From Candidatus Marinacidobacterales bacterium (GTDB taxonomy: Bacteria; Acidobacteriota; Vicinamibacteria; Marinacidobacterales; SMYC01), in contig CBDCYI010000005.1 of assembly GCA_965224085.1 (NCBI GenBank), positions 1,184,001-1,248,000 on the forward strand: DNA of 64,000 nt. The letters run 5' to 3'. The position numbers and the translations under genes were made by a program. Positions 1-8,593 of this stretch are shown here, one piece after another (position 1 is the stretch's first letter; each line of letters opens with the position of its first letter). The notes beneath the pieces were generated by a model. That model made no database searches. It was given only the letters and a program-made list of their open reading frames with translations, and was not told where the DNA came from.

Positions 1-179
1 GCGTCGTGCGTCGCGGCGAGCGGCTCATCTTTGGCCATGGAGGCTCCGTAGCCGGCTACCGCGCCGGCGCCTACTTCGACTTAGAAAGCAAGAGAGGCGT
101 CGTGGTCCTTCACAACGTCACCGGCGGCGACGTCGACATTACGGAGCTCGCGATGCGCGTGCTCGAGCTCGCGCCTTGA
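1..179 (+). CDS. Serine hydrolase / beta-lactamase family protein, C-terminal part (runs in from the window edge)
   Basis: Manual translation of frame 3: VVRRGERLIFGHGGSVAGYRAGAYFDLESKRGVVVLHNV...LELAP*. The GHGGxxxGY motif is typical of this family's C-terminus. The TGA stop overlaps the TTG start of the next gene. Confidence 0.75.
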   Translation, partial: VVRRGERLIFGHGGSVAGYRAGAYFDLESKRGVVVLHNVTGGDVDITELAMRVLELAP

Positions 180-959
180 TCGCCGATCTGCGTCTCGCGC
201 TGCGCTCGCTCGCTCGCGCGCGACTCACGAGCCTCGTCGCAACCCTCGCCCTCGGACTCGGTATCGGCGCCACCGTCACCGTGTTCAGCGTCTTCGACGC
301 CGTGTGGCTCGAACCTTTGCCCTACGACGAGCCCGATCGTCTCGTCGCGCTCCGCCTTCGCAACACGCATGGACAAGAGACCGGGATGTCCTACCCGAAC
401 TTCGTCGATTTGCGGGACCGGGCGTCCTCGTTCGAGACGCTCTCCGCGTTCAACCTCGCCGAGCTCAACGTGATCCGGGACGGCCGGCCCGAGCTCACCG
501 ACGCCCATCAAGTCCTAGGAGATGTCTTCGACCTCATCGGCGTCGACGCGGCGATCGGGCGCGGGCTCGTCCCGTCGGATGACGCAAGGGACGCGCCGCC
601 TGTGATCGTTTTGGCGCATGACTACTGGACCCACGCGCTTCGGCGGCGACCCCGGCGTCGTGGGCACCACGGTCACGGTGGAAGGGGAGAGCTATCGGAA
701 CGTGCCGAGAACGGTCTACACGATCGTGGGCGTCATGCCGAAAGGGGCCTGGTTTCGACACCGGATCGACGCGTGGATACCTTTTCGGTTGAAGGAGGAG
801 GAGCGCAACGACCGTAGCGGTCATACGGCGTGGCTCATCGGGCGACTCGGGGACGGCGTCGAAGTGGAACCCGCGGCCTCCGAAGTGCGCACGCTCTTCG
901 CCGAGCTGAAGCAAGATTACCCCGCCGAGAATGCCGGGCTTCGCATCGAGCTCCAACCC
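176..959 (+). pseudogene. ADOP/MacB-type ABC transporter permease, N-terminal fragment, frameshifted and truncated
   Basis: DLRLALRSL..TLALGLGIGATVTVFSVFDAVWLEPLPYDEPDRLV is the typical ADOP N-terminus. A +1 frameshift near 631 joins ORF 176-817 to ORF 618-1001 (DYWT|TRFGGDPGVVG). Similarity stops near 959, where the minus-strand PIN gene remnant begins. Confidence 0.85.
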
Positions 960-1142
960 GAAGTCGAGCTCTGCATCGACGCTGCGGAGCGCGCGGAGTA
1001 GATAGTCCAGCTCGCCCAGGATAGCCATGGGGACGATGATCGGCCCGGTCTCGTTCTGAACGATGGAACTAGCAGTCGCGTGATGAGCGTCGTCCGAATC
1101 GTAACGGGCGTAGAGCCCGCCTGTATCAGCGACGAGGCTCAT
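960..1142 (-). pseudogene. PIN-domain VapC-like toxin, truncated after about 60 aa
   Basis: MSLVADTGGLYA..DDAHH....ILGELDYLL is a PIN N-terminus. ATGA coupling with the upstream antitoxin. The rest of ORF 534-1142 is just antisense of the permease. Confidence 0.8.
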
Positions 1143-1384
1143 TGCTTGTACTTTCGCGCCGCCTCTTGCAGCAACTCCTCGGCGCGCTTCGAAACGTCCG
1201 GCCGCCCGCTTTGGTATTTTCCGATTCCAGGGGTCGGCGGACGCTCTACGTCCTTTTGGGTGTCCTCGATATACCGTCGGAGCGCTTCCCGAATGAGCTC
1301 AGCTTGGCTTCTATTCTCGACATCGGCACGGTGGCGAAGCGCAATCGCAATGTGCTCATCAATATATACCGTCGTGCGGATCAT
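1139..1384 (-). CDS. Ribbon-helix-helix (CopG family) VapB-like antitoxin
   Basis: RTTVYID...SQAELIREALRRY RHH motif and C-terminal GIGKYQSGRPDVSKRAEELL; lies directly upstream of the PIN gene. Confidence 0.85.
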   Translation of the reverse strand: MIRTTVYIDEHIAIALRHRADVENRSQAELIREALRRYIEDTQKDVERPPTPGIGKYQSGRPDVSKRAEELLQEAARKYKQ

Positions 1385-1390
1385 AAAAAT

Positions 1391-1426
1391 AGCGCTAACA
1401 TATATGATGGTATATAACTTAGCGCT
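1391..1426. promoter_or_regulatory. Putative toxin-antitoxin autoregulatory operator (inverted repeat)
   Basis: AGCGCTAA-c-ATATA-tgatgg-TATAT-aac-TTAGCGCT, an AT-rich interrupted palindrome just upstream of the antitoxin start. Confidence 0.55.
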
Positions 1427-1444
1427 CGAAGCCGTGGACGCCGC

Positions 1445-2374
1445 CTATCCGAGCCGCGGGACGACGTGCTCCCTGAACTTCTCGAGCTGCGCGACCTCGT
1501 CCGTCACCGGCCACACGAGCACGCGCTTCGCTCCGGCGTCGCGATAAGCGGCGAGCTTCTTCGCGAAGAGCTCGGGAGGGCCGATGGGAAGACGCTCGCG
1601 CAACACGTCCTCCGGAGGGTTTATGGTTGGGAAGATCTTCTCGCGAAAGACGCGCTCCGCTTCGTTCCGATCGTCGCTAATGTAGAACCACATGGTTGCG
1701 ATCGCATTAGGAAAGGTCTTCGGGTCCTTGCCGTGCGTCACGAGATGCTCGCGGAGCCGCGCCATGGCGTCGGCAAACATGTCCGGCGTCGTGTTGTAGG
1801 CGGAGGCGAGCCAACCGTCTCCCAGCCGCGCCGTGCGGCGGAGACCCGCGTCCGATCCCCAACTCCCGATCCAAATAGGTGGTCCCGTCGGCTGCGCGGG
1901 ATGCGGTTCGAGCTCAATTCCTCTCGTGGAGTAGTAGCGTCCTTGGAACGGTTCGGACCCTCGCCGCCACAACGCACGAAGCGTTTGCACCGCCTCGTCC
2001 AAGCGCGCAAAGCGCTCCTCGAACGGAAGCCCCACGCAGGCGTAGTCTTTTTTGGACGAGCCGGGTCCAACAGCGACGACGAGCCGTCCACCGGAAAGGC
2101 GATCGATGGCGCCCAGCGTCTTGGCCAGCTGCACTGGGCCACGCAACACGGGAAGCGCGACCGTCGTGGCCAGGCTCACGCGCTTCGCACGATCGATGAT
2201 CGTGGCGAGCGCGGTGGGTCCGTCGAGCCAAGGCACCGAGAACACCATGTGGTCGTTGGCGCAGATCGATTGGAACCCCAAACGCTCCGCGGCCTCCGCA
2301 TATTCGAGTAGATGAGAGAGCGAGTATGGATGCCCGCCGAAATCCATCAGCGGGAGATGCGCCCCAAAATCCAA
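1445..2374 (-). CDS. LLM-class flavin-dependent oxidoreductase
   Basis: AEAAERLGF..NDH, LAKTLGAIDRLSGGRL, PPIWIG, RRTARLGDGW motifs. Confidence 0.9.
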   Translation of the reverse strand: MDFGAHLPLMDFGGHPYSLSHLLEYAEAAERLGFQSICANDHMVFSVPWLDGPTALATIIDRAKRVSLATTVALPVLRGPVQLAKTLGAIDRLSGGRLVVAVGPGSSKKDYACVGLPFEERFARLDEAVQTLRALWRRGSEPFQGRYYSTRGIELEPHPAQPTGPPIWIGSWGSDAGLRRTARLGDGWLASAYNTTPDMFADAMARLREHLVTHGKDPKTFPNAIATMWFYISDDRNEAERVFREKIFPTINPPEDVLRERLPIGPPELFAKKLAAYRDAGAKRVLVWPVTDEVAQLEKFREHVVPRLG

Positions 2375-2411
2375 ACCACGACCTCCGGTGAGAATGTTCC
2401 GCCGGTCAAAT

Positions 2412-2524
2412 TAAATCAACCCCCCGACTTCAGTCGGGGGAGCCTCGTCCCCTCTGGGGACTTCGACAAATCTTCTCTTCGCCTAAAGGCGAGGGTTTCC
2501 ACCATCCCCGGAAAGGGACACTAA
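2412..2524. mobile_element. Miniature non-autonomous IS200/IS605-like element (PATE-like)
   Basis: About 113 bp with four hairpins: CCCCCGAC-TTCA-GTCGGGGG, GTCCCC-TCT-GGGGAC, TCGCC-TAAA-GGCGA followed by GGGTTTC, and TCCC-CGGAAA-GGGA. TTCA and TAAA loop hairpins resemble IS200/IS605 subterminal palindromes. No credible ORF. Confidence 0.6.
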
Positions 2525-2588
2525 TGGCATCGTTGCCGTATTGCAACTAGAGGTCGAGCTCCGTCCGGACGGAGCTCACATTCCGCGT

Positions 2589-3154
2589 TCAGTGCGAATC
2601 GAAAACAGCTTGATACGACGCGACCTTCGAGCGGATGGCGTCGAGCTCCTCATCTGTAGGTTGCTCGGTTCGAGGGCAGCGGTAAGCTGCCGAGCTTCAT
2701 GAGGCACGCCATCAGCAAAAGCCGAGCCTTTGTGGCGGTCAAGTTGCTTCCTTCGATGAAGAGGTCGTTCGGATTTCCGGGCGTGACCCCTTCGTGATGC
2801 CCTCGGCCGACGCGCGCGACGGGCATGCCACGTAGCGCTGCATGCCGAAGCGCTGCATCGTCGCTTCGTCGGCCGCCGAGTAGGGAGCGTTGCCTTCGAG
2901 AACGAAGCCCGACAGGCTCGTGTCGAGAAGGCTCTTGTCGATTCGGGACATCACCTCGACGACCGCAGCTCCATCGTCCGAGAGATCGTCCGGTAGATAT
3001 CTCGCGTGCTTGACGATCGTCACCTTTGGGATCGCGGCTGGCAGAAGATGGCCTTGTGAATCGTTGATCGAAACATCGACGTGCACGATCCGACCCTCGC
3101 CGCGCCGCACACCCGAAACGCGCGCTGGGAGTTTGGTCAGGTTCACTTCGGACA
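2589..3154 (-). pseudogene. Asparaginase-like domain protein, C-terminal fragment with frameshifts
   Basis: LLPAAIPKVTIVKH, LSGFVLEGNAPY, then in other frames EGSNLTATKARLLLMACLMKLGSLP and EELDAIRSKVASYQAVFDSH*. The 5' part is replaced by the IS5-family terminal repeat. Confidence 0.6.
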
Positions 3155-3930
3155 GGCTTTGTTGCACGGCCCGATCGGGAGCGCGAGAATACCTCGCACG
3201 TGCCGCTTCAGGCGGCGCGATAGCTGTCCGGCATTCCCAGGACGGTGATCCGATTGAGTATGGAGCAGCCAATTTTGATCTCAATGCGCTGACTTTGCAG
3301 GTTCCGCGCCCGTAGTCGTCCACCGAGGATCGTCTTGTATCGATAGATCGCCGTCTCCACGAGACTTCGCCGGGTGTACCCCGATTCTTTCTGCCACCGA
3401 CGACGACCGATCTCGTGGATCGAGTGGATGGCCTTGTCCCGTTCGCTTTCCAACTGCATCTTTCCTACCTAATCGGGCGTTGCGCCTCGGTGGAATGATG
3501 ACCTTCGTCGGCTGATGCGAGGGATGGTTCGCAATCGCTTCATACACGGCTCTGGAATCATAGGCACCGTCTGCGGTCATGGACGCGAGCTCGTGGTGGA
3601 TCATCTGCCGGAGTCCCAGGCTGTAAACCGAGCGCACGGTGAGAGCTGTTTCGATGGCCAGGTCGGAGTAGATCTGCTGGCCACCGGGCTTGGAGCCAGC
3701 CGGTGCGTGCCACGCCGCGATCGCTTCCTCGGAGAACCAGAGCGTCAGGTCGCCTCGCCGTCGCAGCGCCCTCTCATACTCCGGCCAGTTACGAAGGTGA
3801 TAGGGTCTCTTGGTGCACTTGTGCTGGCTCCGTTTCGGATAGCGCATCGTGGCTCTCGAATCTGGGCTAACTGGAATGTGCCATGATAGCCAGTCTGTCG
3901 ATCGCAGCCGCGCAGCCGTGCACCAAAGCC
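3155..3930 (-). mobile_element. IS5-family (IS903-like) element, internally deleted remnant
   Basis: Terminal IRs GGCTTTGTTGCACGGC and GGCTTTGGTGCACGGC. Transposase pieces MRYPKRSQHK..NWPEYERALRRRGDLTLWF, ADGAYDS and RSLVETAIYRYK, homologous to 18442-19404. Central deletion near 3605 and a frameshift near 3460. No target duplication. Confidence 0.9.
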
Positions 3931-4459
3931 ACGAGAAGGTCGTCCGTCGCGTTTTTGGTTCAGCGTCTCTATACGGCCAGGTGATCAAGACGCGAAGAAA
4001 CGATCGTATCGTGAAGGTCGAACGAAGAGAGGTGATGGGAGCGTCGTGGCGGTTCGAAGAAGTGCTCAACAACTCCGAGGACTCGTCGACATTGAATACG
4101 TCGTTCATCGAACGGATGAATCTGACCATTCGACAGGGCGCGGCCTATCTGACTCGGAGAACGCTCTCCCATGCTCGCTCGAAGGATAAGCTCGACGAAC
4201 ATCTCGAGCTGCTGAGATGTCATTACAACTTCGTCCGCCCGCATCGCGCTCTAAAGTTCGGCGTGAGACCCGGACTCCGGCGATGCAGGCCGGACTCGCC
4301 ACCCGGCGACTCACTTTCCGCGAGGTATTCGTGTGTCTTCCGCCATCCTTATTGGTAAGCATCGGCGCGATCACGTGCGCCGTGCCGAGCCGGCCGCCGA
4401 CCGCCCCGATCGTGGACGAGCCTCTAGCGGCCTGAGTAACAGTTGATGGCGGAAGCACC
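3931..4459 (+). mobile_element. IS1-family-like transposase C-terminal remnant with probable right end
   Basis: YGQVIKTRRNDRIVKV..NTSFIERMNLTIRQ...HYNFVRPHRAL, then after a frameshift RTPAMQAGL..LTFREVF. Candidate terminal sequence ends at 4459 (reverse complement GGTGCTTCCGCCATCAAC). Confidence 0.75.
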
Positions 4460-5037
4460 CGTCGAAGAGATTCGTCCCATCGCGTACCGTCCGTGGCCAC
4501 AGGCGCCTCCTGCTTGGATCGATCTCGTCGTACGAAGCGAAGTGTTCTCCGAAAAGATGGCAGAATCGATACGCGGCGCGATCTGGGAAGTCGATCCGGA
4601 TCCTTTCATTTCCACTTACGTGATGGACGACGGGCGTTCGCGCGCACGCGTTTCGCCGCGCGTCTTCTGGGGGCGTTCTCGTTGTTGGCGTTCGTGCTCT
4701 CCGCCGCGGGGTTTTCGCGATTGTGAGCTTTCAGCTCCGCCAGCGCCGGCGCGAGATGGGAATCCGCAAAGCGATCGGAGCGCGGGATCGCGATTTGAAA
4801 GGGCTCTTGCTCGCTCGCACCCTGCGCCAAACGTTCTACGGGCTAGGCCTTGGCGCCCTCGCCGCGTGGGCCGCCACCGGCTACGCCCGCGGGCTTCTCT
4901 ACGGCGTCGAGCCCATGGACGCGACATCGACGCTCGCCGCCGCCGTCGTGCTCGTGGCCGCCGCGCTCTTGGCGAGCTACCTCCCGGCGCGTCGCATCAG
5001 CCGGATTCATCCTTCCGCAGCTCTTCGGAGCGACTGA
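4460..5037 (+). pseudogene. ADOP/FtsX-type ABC permease, C-terminal fragment with frameshifts
   Basis: IDLVVRS..IWEVDPD, RFAARLLGAFSLLAFVL and QRRREMGIRKAIGA..LLASYLPARRISRIHPSAALRSD occur in three different frames. Confidence 0.85.
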
Positions 5038-5860
5038 GCACCCGGCGCGCCTCTTCGACGTGCAGCGCCTCGACCATTTCGTTATCGAGCGTGGCGACGT
5101 TCTTCCCCTCGGCCATCGCTCGTTGCATGACGTCGACAATCCGACGCGCCCTTTTGATCTCCTCGGCTGTCGGAGAGAAAACGCGATTGATGACCGGCAC
5201 TTGACTCGGGTGGATCGCAGCCTTTCCGTCGAAGCCCATTTGGCGCGAGCGATAAGCACTCGCTTCGAGCCCGCCGAGATCCTTGTACTGGAACCAAGGT
5301 GTGTCGAGCGCATCGATACCGGCGGCTCGCGCCGCGTGCAGCACCTGGCTGCGCGCGAACAACAATTCTGACTCGTCGGGGAGAGGGCCCGCGCGCATAT
5401 CCTTACGATAGTCCGCAGCACCAAAGAGAAGTCCGCCGACGTTGTGCACGCGCGCCAGCGCCCGGGCTTCTAGAACGCCAGTAGCGGTCTCAATCATGAG
5501 AAACAAGGGAACGCTCGCTCCCAGTGCTTCTACAACCGTCGCCGCCCTTTTGGACGACTCCGCTTTGGGTAGAATCGCGCCTTTGGGACGGACATCCGCG
5601 ATCATGTCGATGTCGTCGCGCCCCCAAGGTGTGTCGAGGCCGTTTGCGCGGATGAAGATTTCCGAGTCGCCCCAATCGTACTTGGCGAACTTCTCGAGCG
5701 CTTGGCGCACCCGATCGCGCGCCAAAGCTTTCGAGCCGGGATGTACTCCGTCTTCGAGGTCGAGTACGAGGACGTCGGCGCCGCGAGCGCCAGCTTTCGC
5801 CATCATCCGCTGCGACGAGCCCGGGAGATAGAGGACCGAGCGACGGAGACGGGTCATCAC
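4997..5860 (-). CDS. HpcH/HpaI aldolase / citrate lyase beta (CitE) / malyl-CoA lyase family protein
   Basis: RRSVLYLPGS, DLEDGV, MIETATG, GFDGKAAIHPSQV motifs. Confidence 0.9.
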   Translation of the reverse strand: MMTRLRRSVLYLPGSSQRMMAKAGARGADVLVLDLEDGVHPGSKALARDRVRQALEKFAKYDWGDSEIFIRANGLDTPWGRDDIDMIADVRPKGAILPKAESSKRAATVVEALGASVPLFLMIETATGVLEARALARVHNVGGLLFGAADYRKDMRAGPLPDESELLFARSQVLHAARAAGIDALDTPWFQYKDLGGLEASAYRSRQMGFDGKAAIHPSQVPVINRVFSPTAEEIKRARRIVDVMQRAMAEGKNVATLDNEMVEALHVEEARRVLSRSEELRKDESG

Positions 5861-5924
5861 GCGATCCTATCACGCGTTTAACTTATTTGTATTCAACAGC
5901 TTGAACGTATTGCATTACATTCAT

Positions 5925-5950
5925 TGAACCTCGGATGGGCCGATCGCGTA
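5925..5950 (+). promoter_or_regulatory. Putative ECF sigma (SigW/SigX-like) promoter
   Basis: TGAACC-N16-CGTA about 20 nt upstream of the GGAGG ribosome-binding site and ATG at 5970. Confidence 0.55.
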
Positions 5951-5969
5951 TGACGGTGTGGAGGACAAC

Positions 5970-6710
5970 ATGAAAAAAGTTTTGATTATCGCCGTCGCAG
6001 CCTTGTTGTTGATGACGTCGCCAATTCTCGCGCAGACGCCTTGGGTTCATGTCGAAGTCGAAGAAGGCGGAGACGACAACACGCACGTCAAAGTCAACTT
6101 GCCCCTTTCGGTCGTTCAGGTCGCGCTCGAAGCCGCTCCAGAGAAGATTCTAGAAGATGGGAAAATCCACTTGCATAAGATGGACCATGATCTCGACGTC
6201 GAGGACCTTCGCAAGATCTGGGCTGAGCTGCGCGCAGCGGGCGATGCGGAGTTCGTTTCCATCGAAGGAGACGACGAGACGGTGCACGTCCGCCGGGAAG
6301 GCGATTTCATTCGCATCAACGTCGAGGAGCGCAAAGAAGGCAGCGCCGAGCAAGTCAGCGTCGAAGTTCCCGTGACCGTCGTGGACGCGCTCTTTTCTGG
6401 CGAAGGTGAGAGCTTGAACTTGCGCGACGCGCTCGAGGAGTTCAAAACCCAAAGAGGCGACATCGTTCGCGTCGACGACGGCGAGACCAAGATCCGCGTC
6501 TGGATCGACGAGGGGAACTGGAGCCATGTTGAAAACCGCCGCTCTCGTTCTCGCGTCCATCCCCGTCGTGCTCGCTGCGATGCTTCTGAGCTCGAGCTCT
6601 GTCGTGGTCGATGTCAAACAGGCCGACGGTCCGCGGATAGTCGTGCCCGTACCGATCTTCGTCGCGCGCGCGGCACTCGCCTTCGCTCCGGCGGAGGCGA
6701 AGCATGTTAG
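5970..6710 (+). CDS. Exported hypothetical protein; natural end probably near 6520, stop codon apparently lost
   Basis: Signal peptide MKKVLIIAVAALLLMTSPILA. Acidic, beta-rich body ending KIRVWIDEGN like its downstream paralog. The Arg-rich tail overlaps the next gene by 185 nt. Confidence 0.65.
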   Translation: MKKVLIIAVAALLLMTSPILAQTPWVHVEVEEGGDDNTHVKVNLPLSVVQVALEAAPEKILEDGKIHLHKMDHDLDVEDLRKIWAELRAAGDAEFVSIEGDDETVHVRREGDFIRINVEERKEGSAEQVSVEVPVTVVDALFSGEGESLNLRDALEEFKTQRGDIVRVDDGETKIRVWIDEGNWSHVENRRSRSRVHPRRARCDASELELCRGRCQTGRRSADSRARTDLRRARGTRLRSGGGEAC

Positions 6711-7041
6711 CGTACCTGAGCTCGCGGAATATCGAGACGTCGCCGAAGAGATCCTGAGTGAGCTCCGCGACGCACCCGACGGTGTCCTCGTCGAAGTGCG
6801 CGAGGACCGAGAGCACGTGCTCATCGAAAAGGTCGGCAACCGTTTGGAGATCGACGTCGACACTGACGCTGAAGAAGTCTCGGTCACAGTCCCTTTCACC
6901 GTCGCTTTGGAAATCCTCGACAGCTACGACGGCGAAGCGCTCAGTAGCGCCTCCGTGCTCGCAGCTTTATCCTCAGCTTCGCGCACCGACCTCGTCCACG
7001 TGAAGACGAAGGACGAAGAAGTGCGCGTTTGGATCTGGTGA
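6526..7041 (+). CDS. Membrane-anchored hypothetical protein, likely paralog of the upstream gene
   Basis: Hydrophobic N-terminus; shares EEVSVTVP / EQVSVEVP and VRVWI / IRVWI motifs with the upstream ORF. Confidence 0.75.
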   Translation: MLKTAALVLASIPVVLAAMLLSSSSVVVDVKQADGPRIVVPVPIFVARAALAFAPAEAKHVSVPELAEYRDVAEEILSELRDAPDGVLVEVREDREHVLIEKVGNRLEIDVDTDAEEVSVTVPFTVALEILDSYDGEALSSASVLAALSSASRTDLVHVKTKDEEVRVWIW

Positions 7042-7103
7042 GCTAGGCGGCAGCAGACATCCACGTCCTCCTGCGATAGACTACCCTCCGCAGGAGGACG
7101 TTC

Positions 7104-7415
7104 GTGGAGACTACGCCAGAAGAAGTCAAGCGGGACTTGGAGTCCGACAGCATACGCCTAATCGACGTTCGCGGCCCGGAGGAATGGGAGACCGCCCACA
7201 TCGAAGGAGCGAGACTGGTTTCTAAAGAACTCGCGGACGAGATGGCGAGTTCATGGGACAAAGACACCGCCATCGTTTTCTATTGCCACACCGGCGTGCG
7301 CAGCATGAACGCTGTGCACTTCTTCCGGAAGCAAGGCTTTACCAACGTCAAGAGCATGGCCGGCGGGATCGAGGCCTGGTCGCTCACCATCGACTCTAGC
7401 GTTCCCCGATATTGA
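7104..7415 (+). CDS. Rhodanese-like domain protein
   Basis: LIDVRGPEEWETAHIEGA, active-site CHTGVRS, MAGGIEAWS; AGGAGG ribosome-binding site. Confidence 0.9.
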   Translation: METTPEEVKRDLESDSIRLIDVRGPEEWETAHIEGARLVSKELADEMASSWDKDTAIVFYCHTGVRSMNAVHFFRKQGFTNVKSMAGGIEAWSLTIDSSVPRY

Positions 7416-7506
7416 GTTCATCGAACAGCTTCTCGAGGTCGACTGCATCCGCAAAATCGAGGGCGTCTCTTGAACCTTTTTGTGCCCGCCTCCGAAGAGC
7501 CCGAAA

Positions 7507-8556
7507 TCAGCGGCCGTTTACCGCAGCACGCTCGAGGGCAAGCTCCACCACCCGCCCCACGAGATCGTCGTGGCTACGGCCCTTCTTGTGCCATGCCATG
7601 AAGAACTCGCAATCGGAAGACAGCCAGGGATTGGGATTGACCTCGAGCACGAAGATCTCGCCGCGAGCGGCCACCCGAAGATCGACTCGGCCGTAATCGC
7701 GAAGCCCAAGGACGGTATAAGCTTCGACCGCAACGTCTTGAATGCGCCGCTTGAGCGCTCGCGACAGATTCTTGGGATAGATGGGCGGCGTCTGGCCGTA
7801 AATCGCGGAGCCTCGCCACCACTTCACTTCCGCGCCGGCGATTCTCGGCACTCCCTCAGGGACGCGCGATAAGTCCAGCTCGACGAGCGGAAGCGCCACC
7901 GGCGGATCGTTCCCAATCACCGCGGCATAGATCTCGCGGCCGTCTATATAGCGTTCCACGAGCGCTGGTCCAGAAAACGTATCGTGGACGTAGCGCACGC
8001 GCTCACGCAGCGCTTTGCTGTCGTAAACGACCGAGCCCGTGTCGATCCCGATCGAGCCGTCCTCGCGCGAAGGCTTCACGATGAGAGGAAATGGCGGCGC
8101 GTGCTCGATCCGCCTCTTGCCTCGCGGAACCGTCACGAAATCCGCGGTCGGGATCCCGTGATAGCGGAGGATCTTTTTCGCCAGGGCCTTGTCTTGGCCG
8201 AGGTGAAGCGCGCGCGCGTCGGCGCCGGTGAAAGGTCGTCCCAGAAGCTCGAGATAGGCAGCGACATGCAGGTCCTTCGTATTGTCACCCGCATAGGACT
8301 CGGTCAAGTTGAACACGAGGGATGACGGTGTTCGGCCCAGCTTTTCGAGACTCTTGGCATCGCCTTCGAGAACGGAATATTGCGGCCGATAGCCGAGCCT
8401 CTCGAGCGCCCTGTAAACTTCTTCGTGGACATCCGGCTCGGGCTCAGCGGAGGCATCGGGCGCGGGCCCCAATAGCGAGCTGTGTGCGTCGTGGGGATCG
8501 TGCTCTTCGTCAGCCCACCATACTTCGTAGAGAACGGTGACTCTCTTTTTCGGCAT
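7507..8556 (-). CDS. D-Ala-D-Ala ligase-like ATP-grasp protein
   Basis: VFNLTE, DKALAK, PLIVKPSREDGSIGID, VERYIDGRE, RVDLR, LEVNPNP motifs. Confidence 0.88.
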   Translation of the reverse strand: MPKKRVTVLYEVWWADEEHDPHDAHSSLLGPAPDASAEPEPDVHEEVYRALERLGYRPQYSVLEGDAKSLEKLGRTPSSLVFNLTESYAGDNTKDLHVAAYLELLGRPFTGADARALHLGQDKALAKKILRYHGIPTADFVTVPRGKRRIEHAPPFPLIVKPSREDGSIGIDTGSVVYDSKALRERVRYVHDTFSGPALVERYIDGREIYAAVIGNDPPVALPLVELDLSRVPEGVPRIAGAEVKWWRGSAIYGQTPPIYPKNLSRALKRRIQDVAVEAYTVLGLRDYGRVDLRVAARGEIFVLEVNPNPWLSSDCEFFMAWHKKGRSHDDLVGRVVELALERAAVNGR

Positions 8557-8593
8557 GCGGCAACGAAAGTCTACCGCAGGAGTACGGAAGAGA

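Noticed and set aside
618-650. Programmed frameshifting in the broken genes
   Set aside because: No slippery heptamer at the shift, and the same genes also carry truncations, so decay is the simpler explanation.
534-959. 202-aa PIN protein with a novel C-terminal domain
   Set aside because: The C-terminal part is antisense of the permease fragment beyond the deletion junction.
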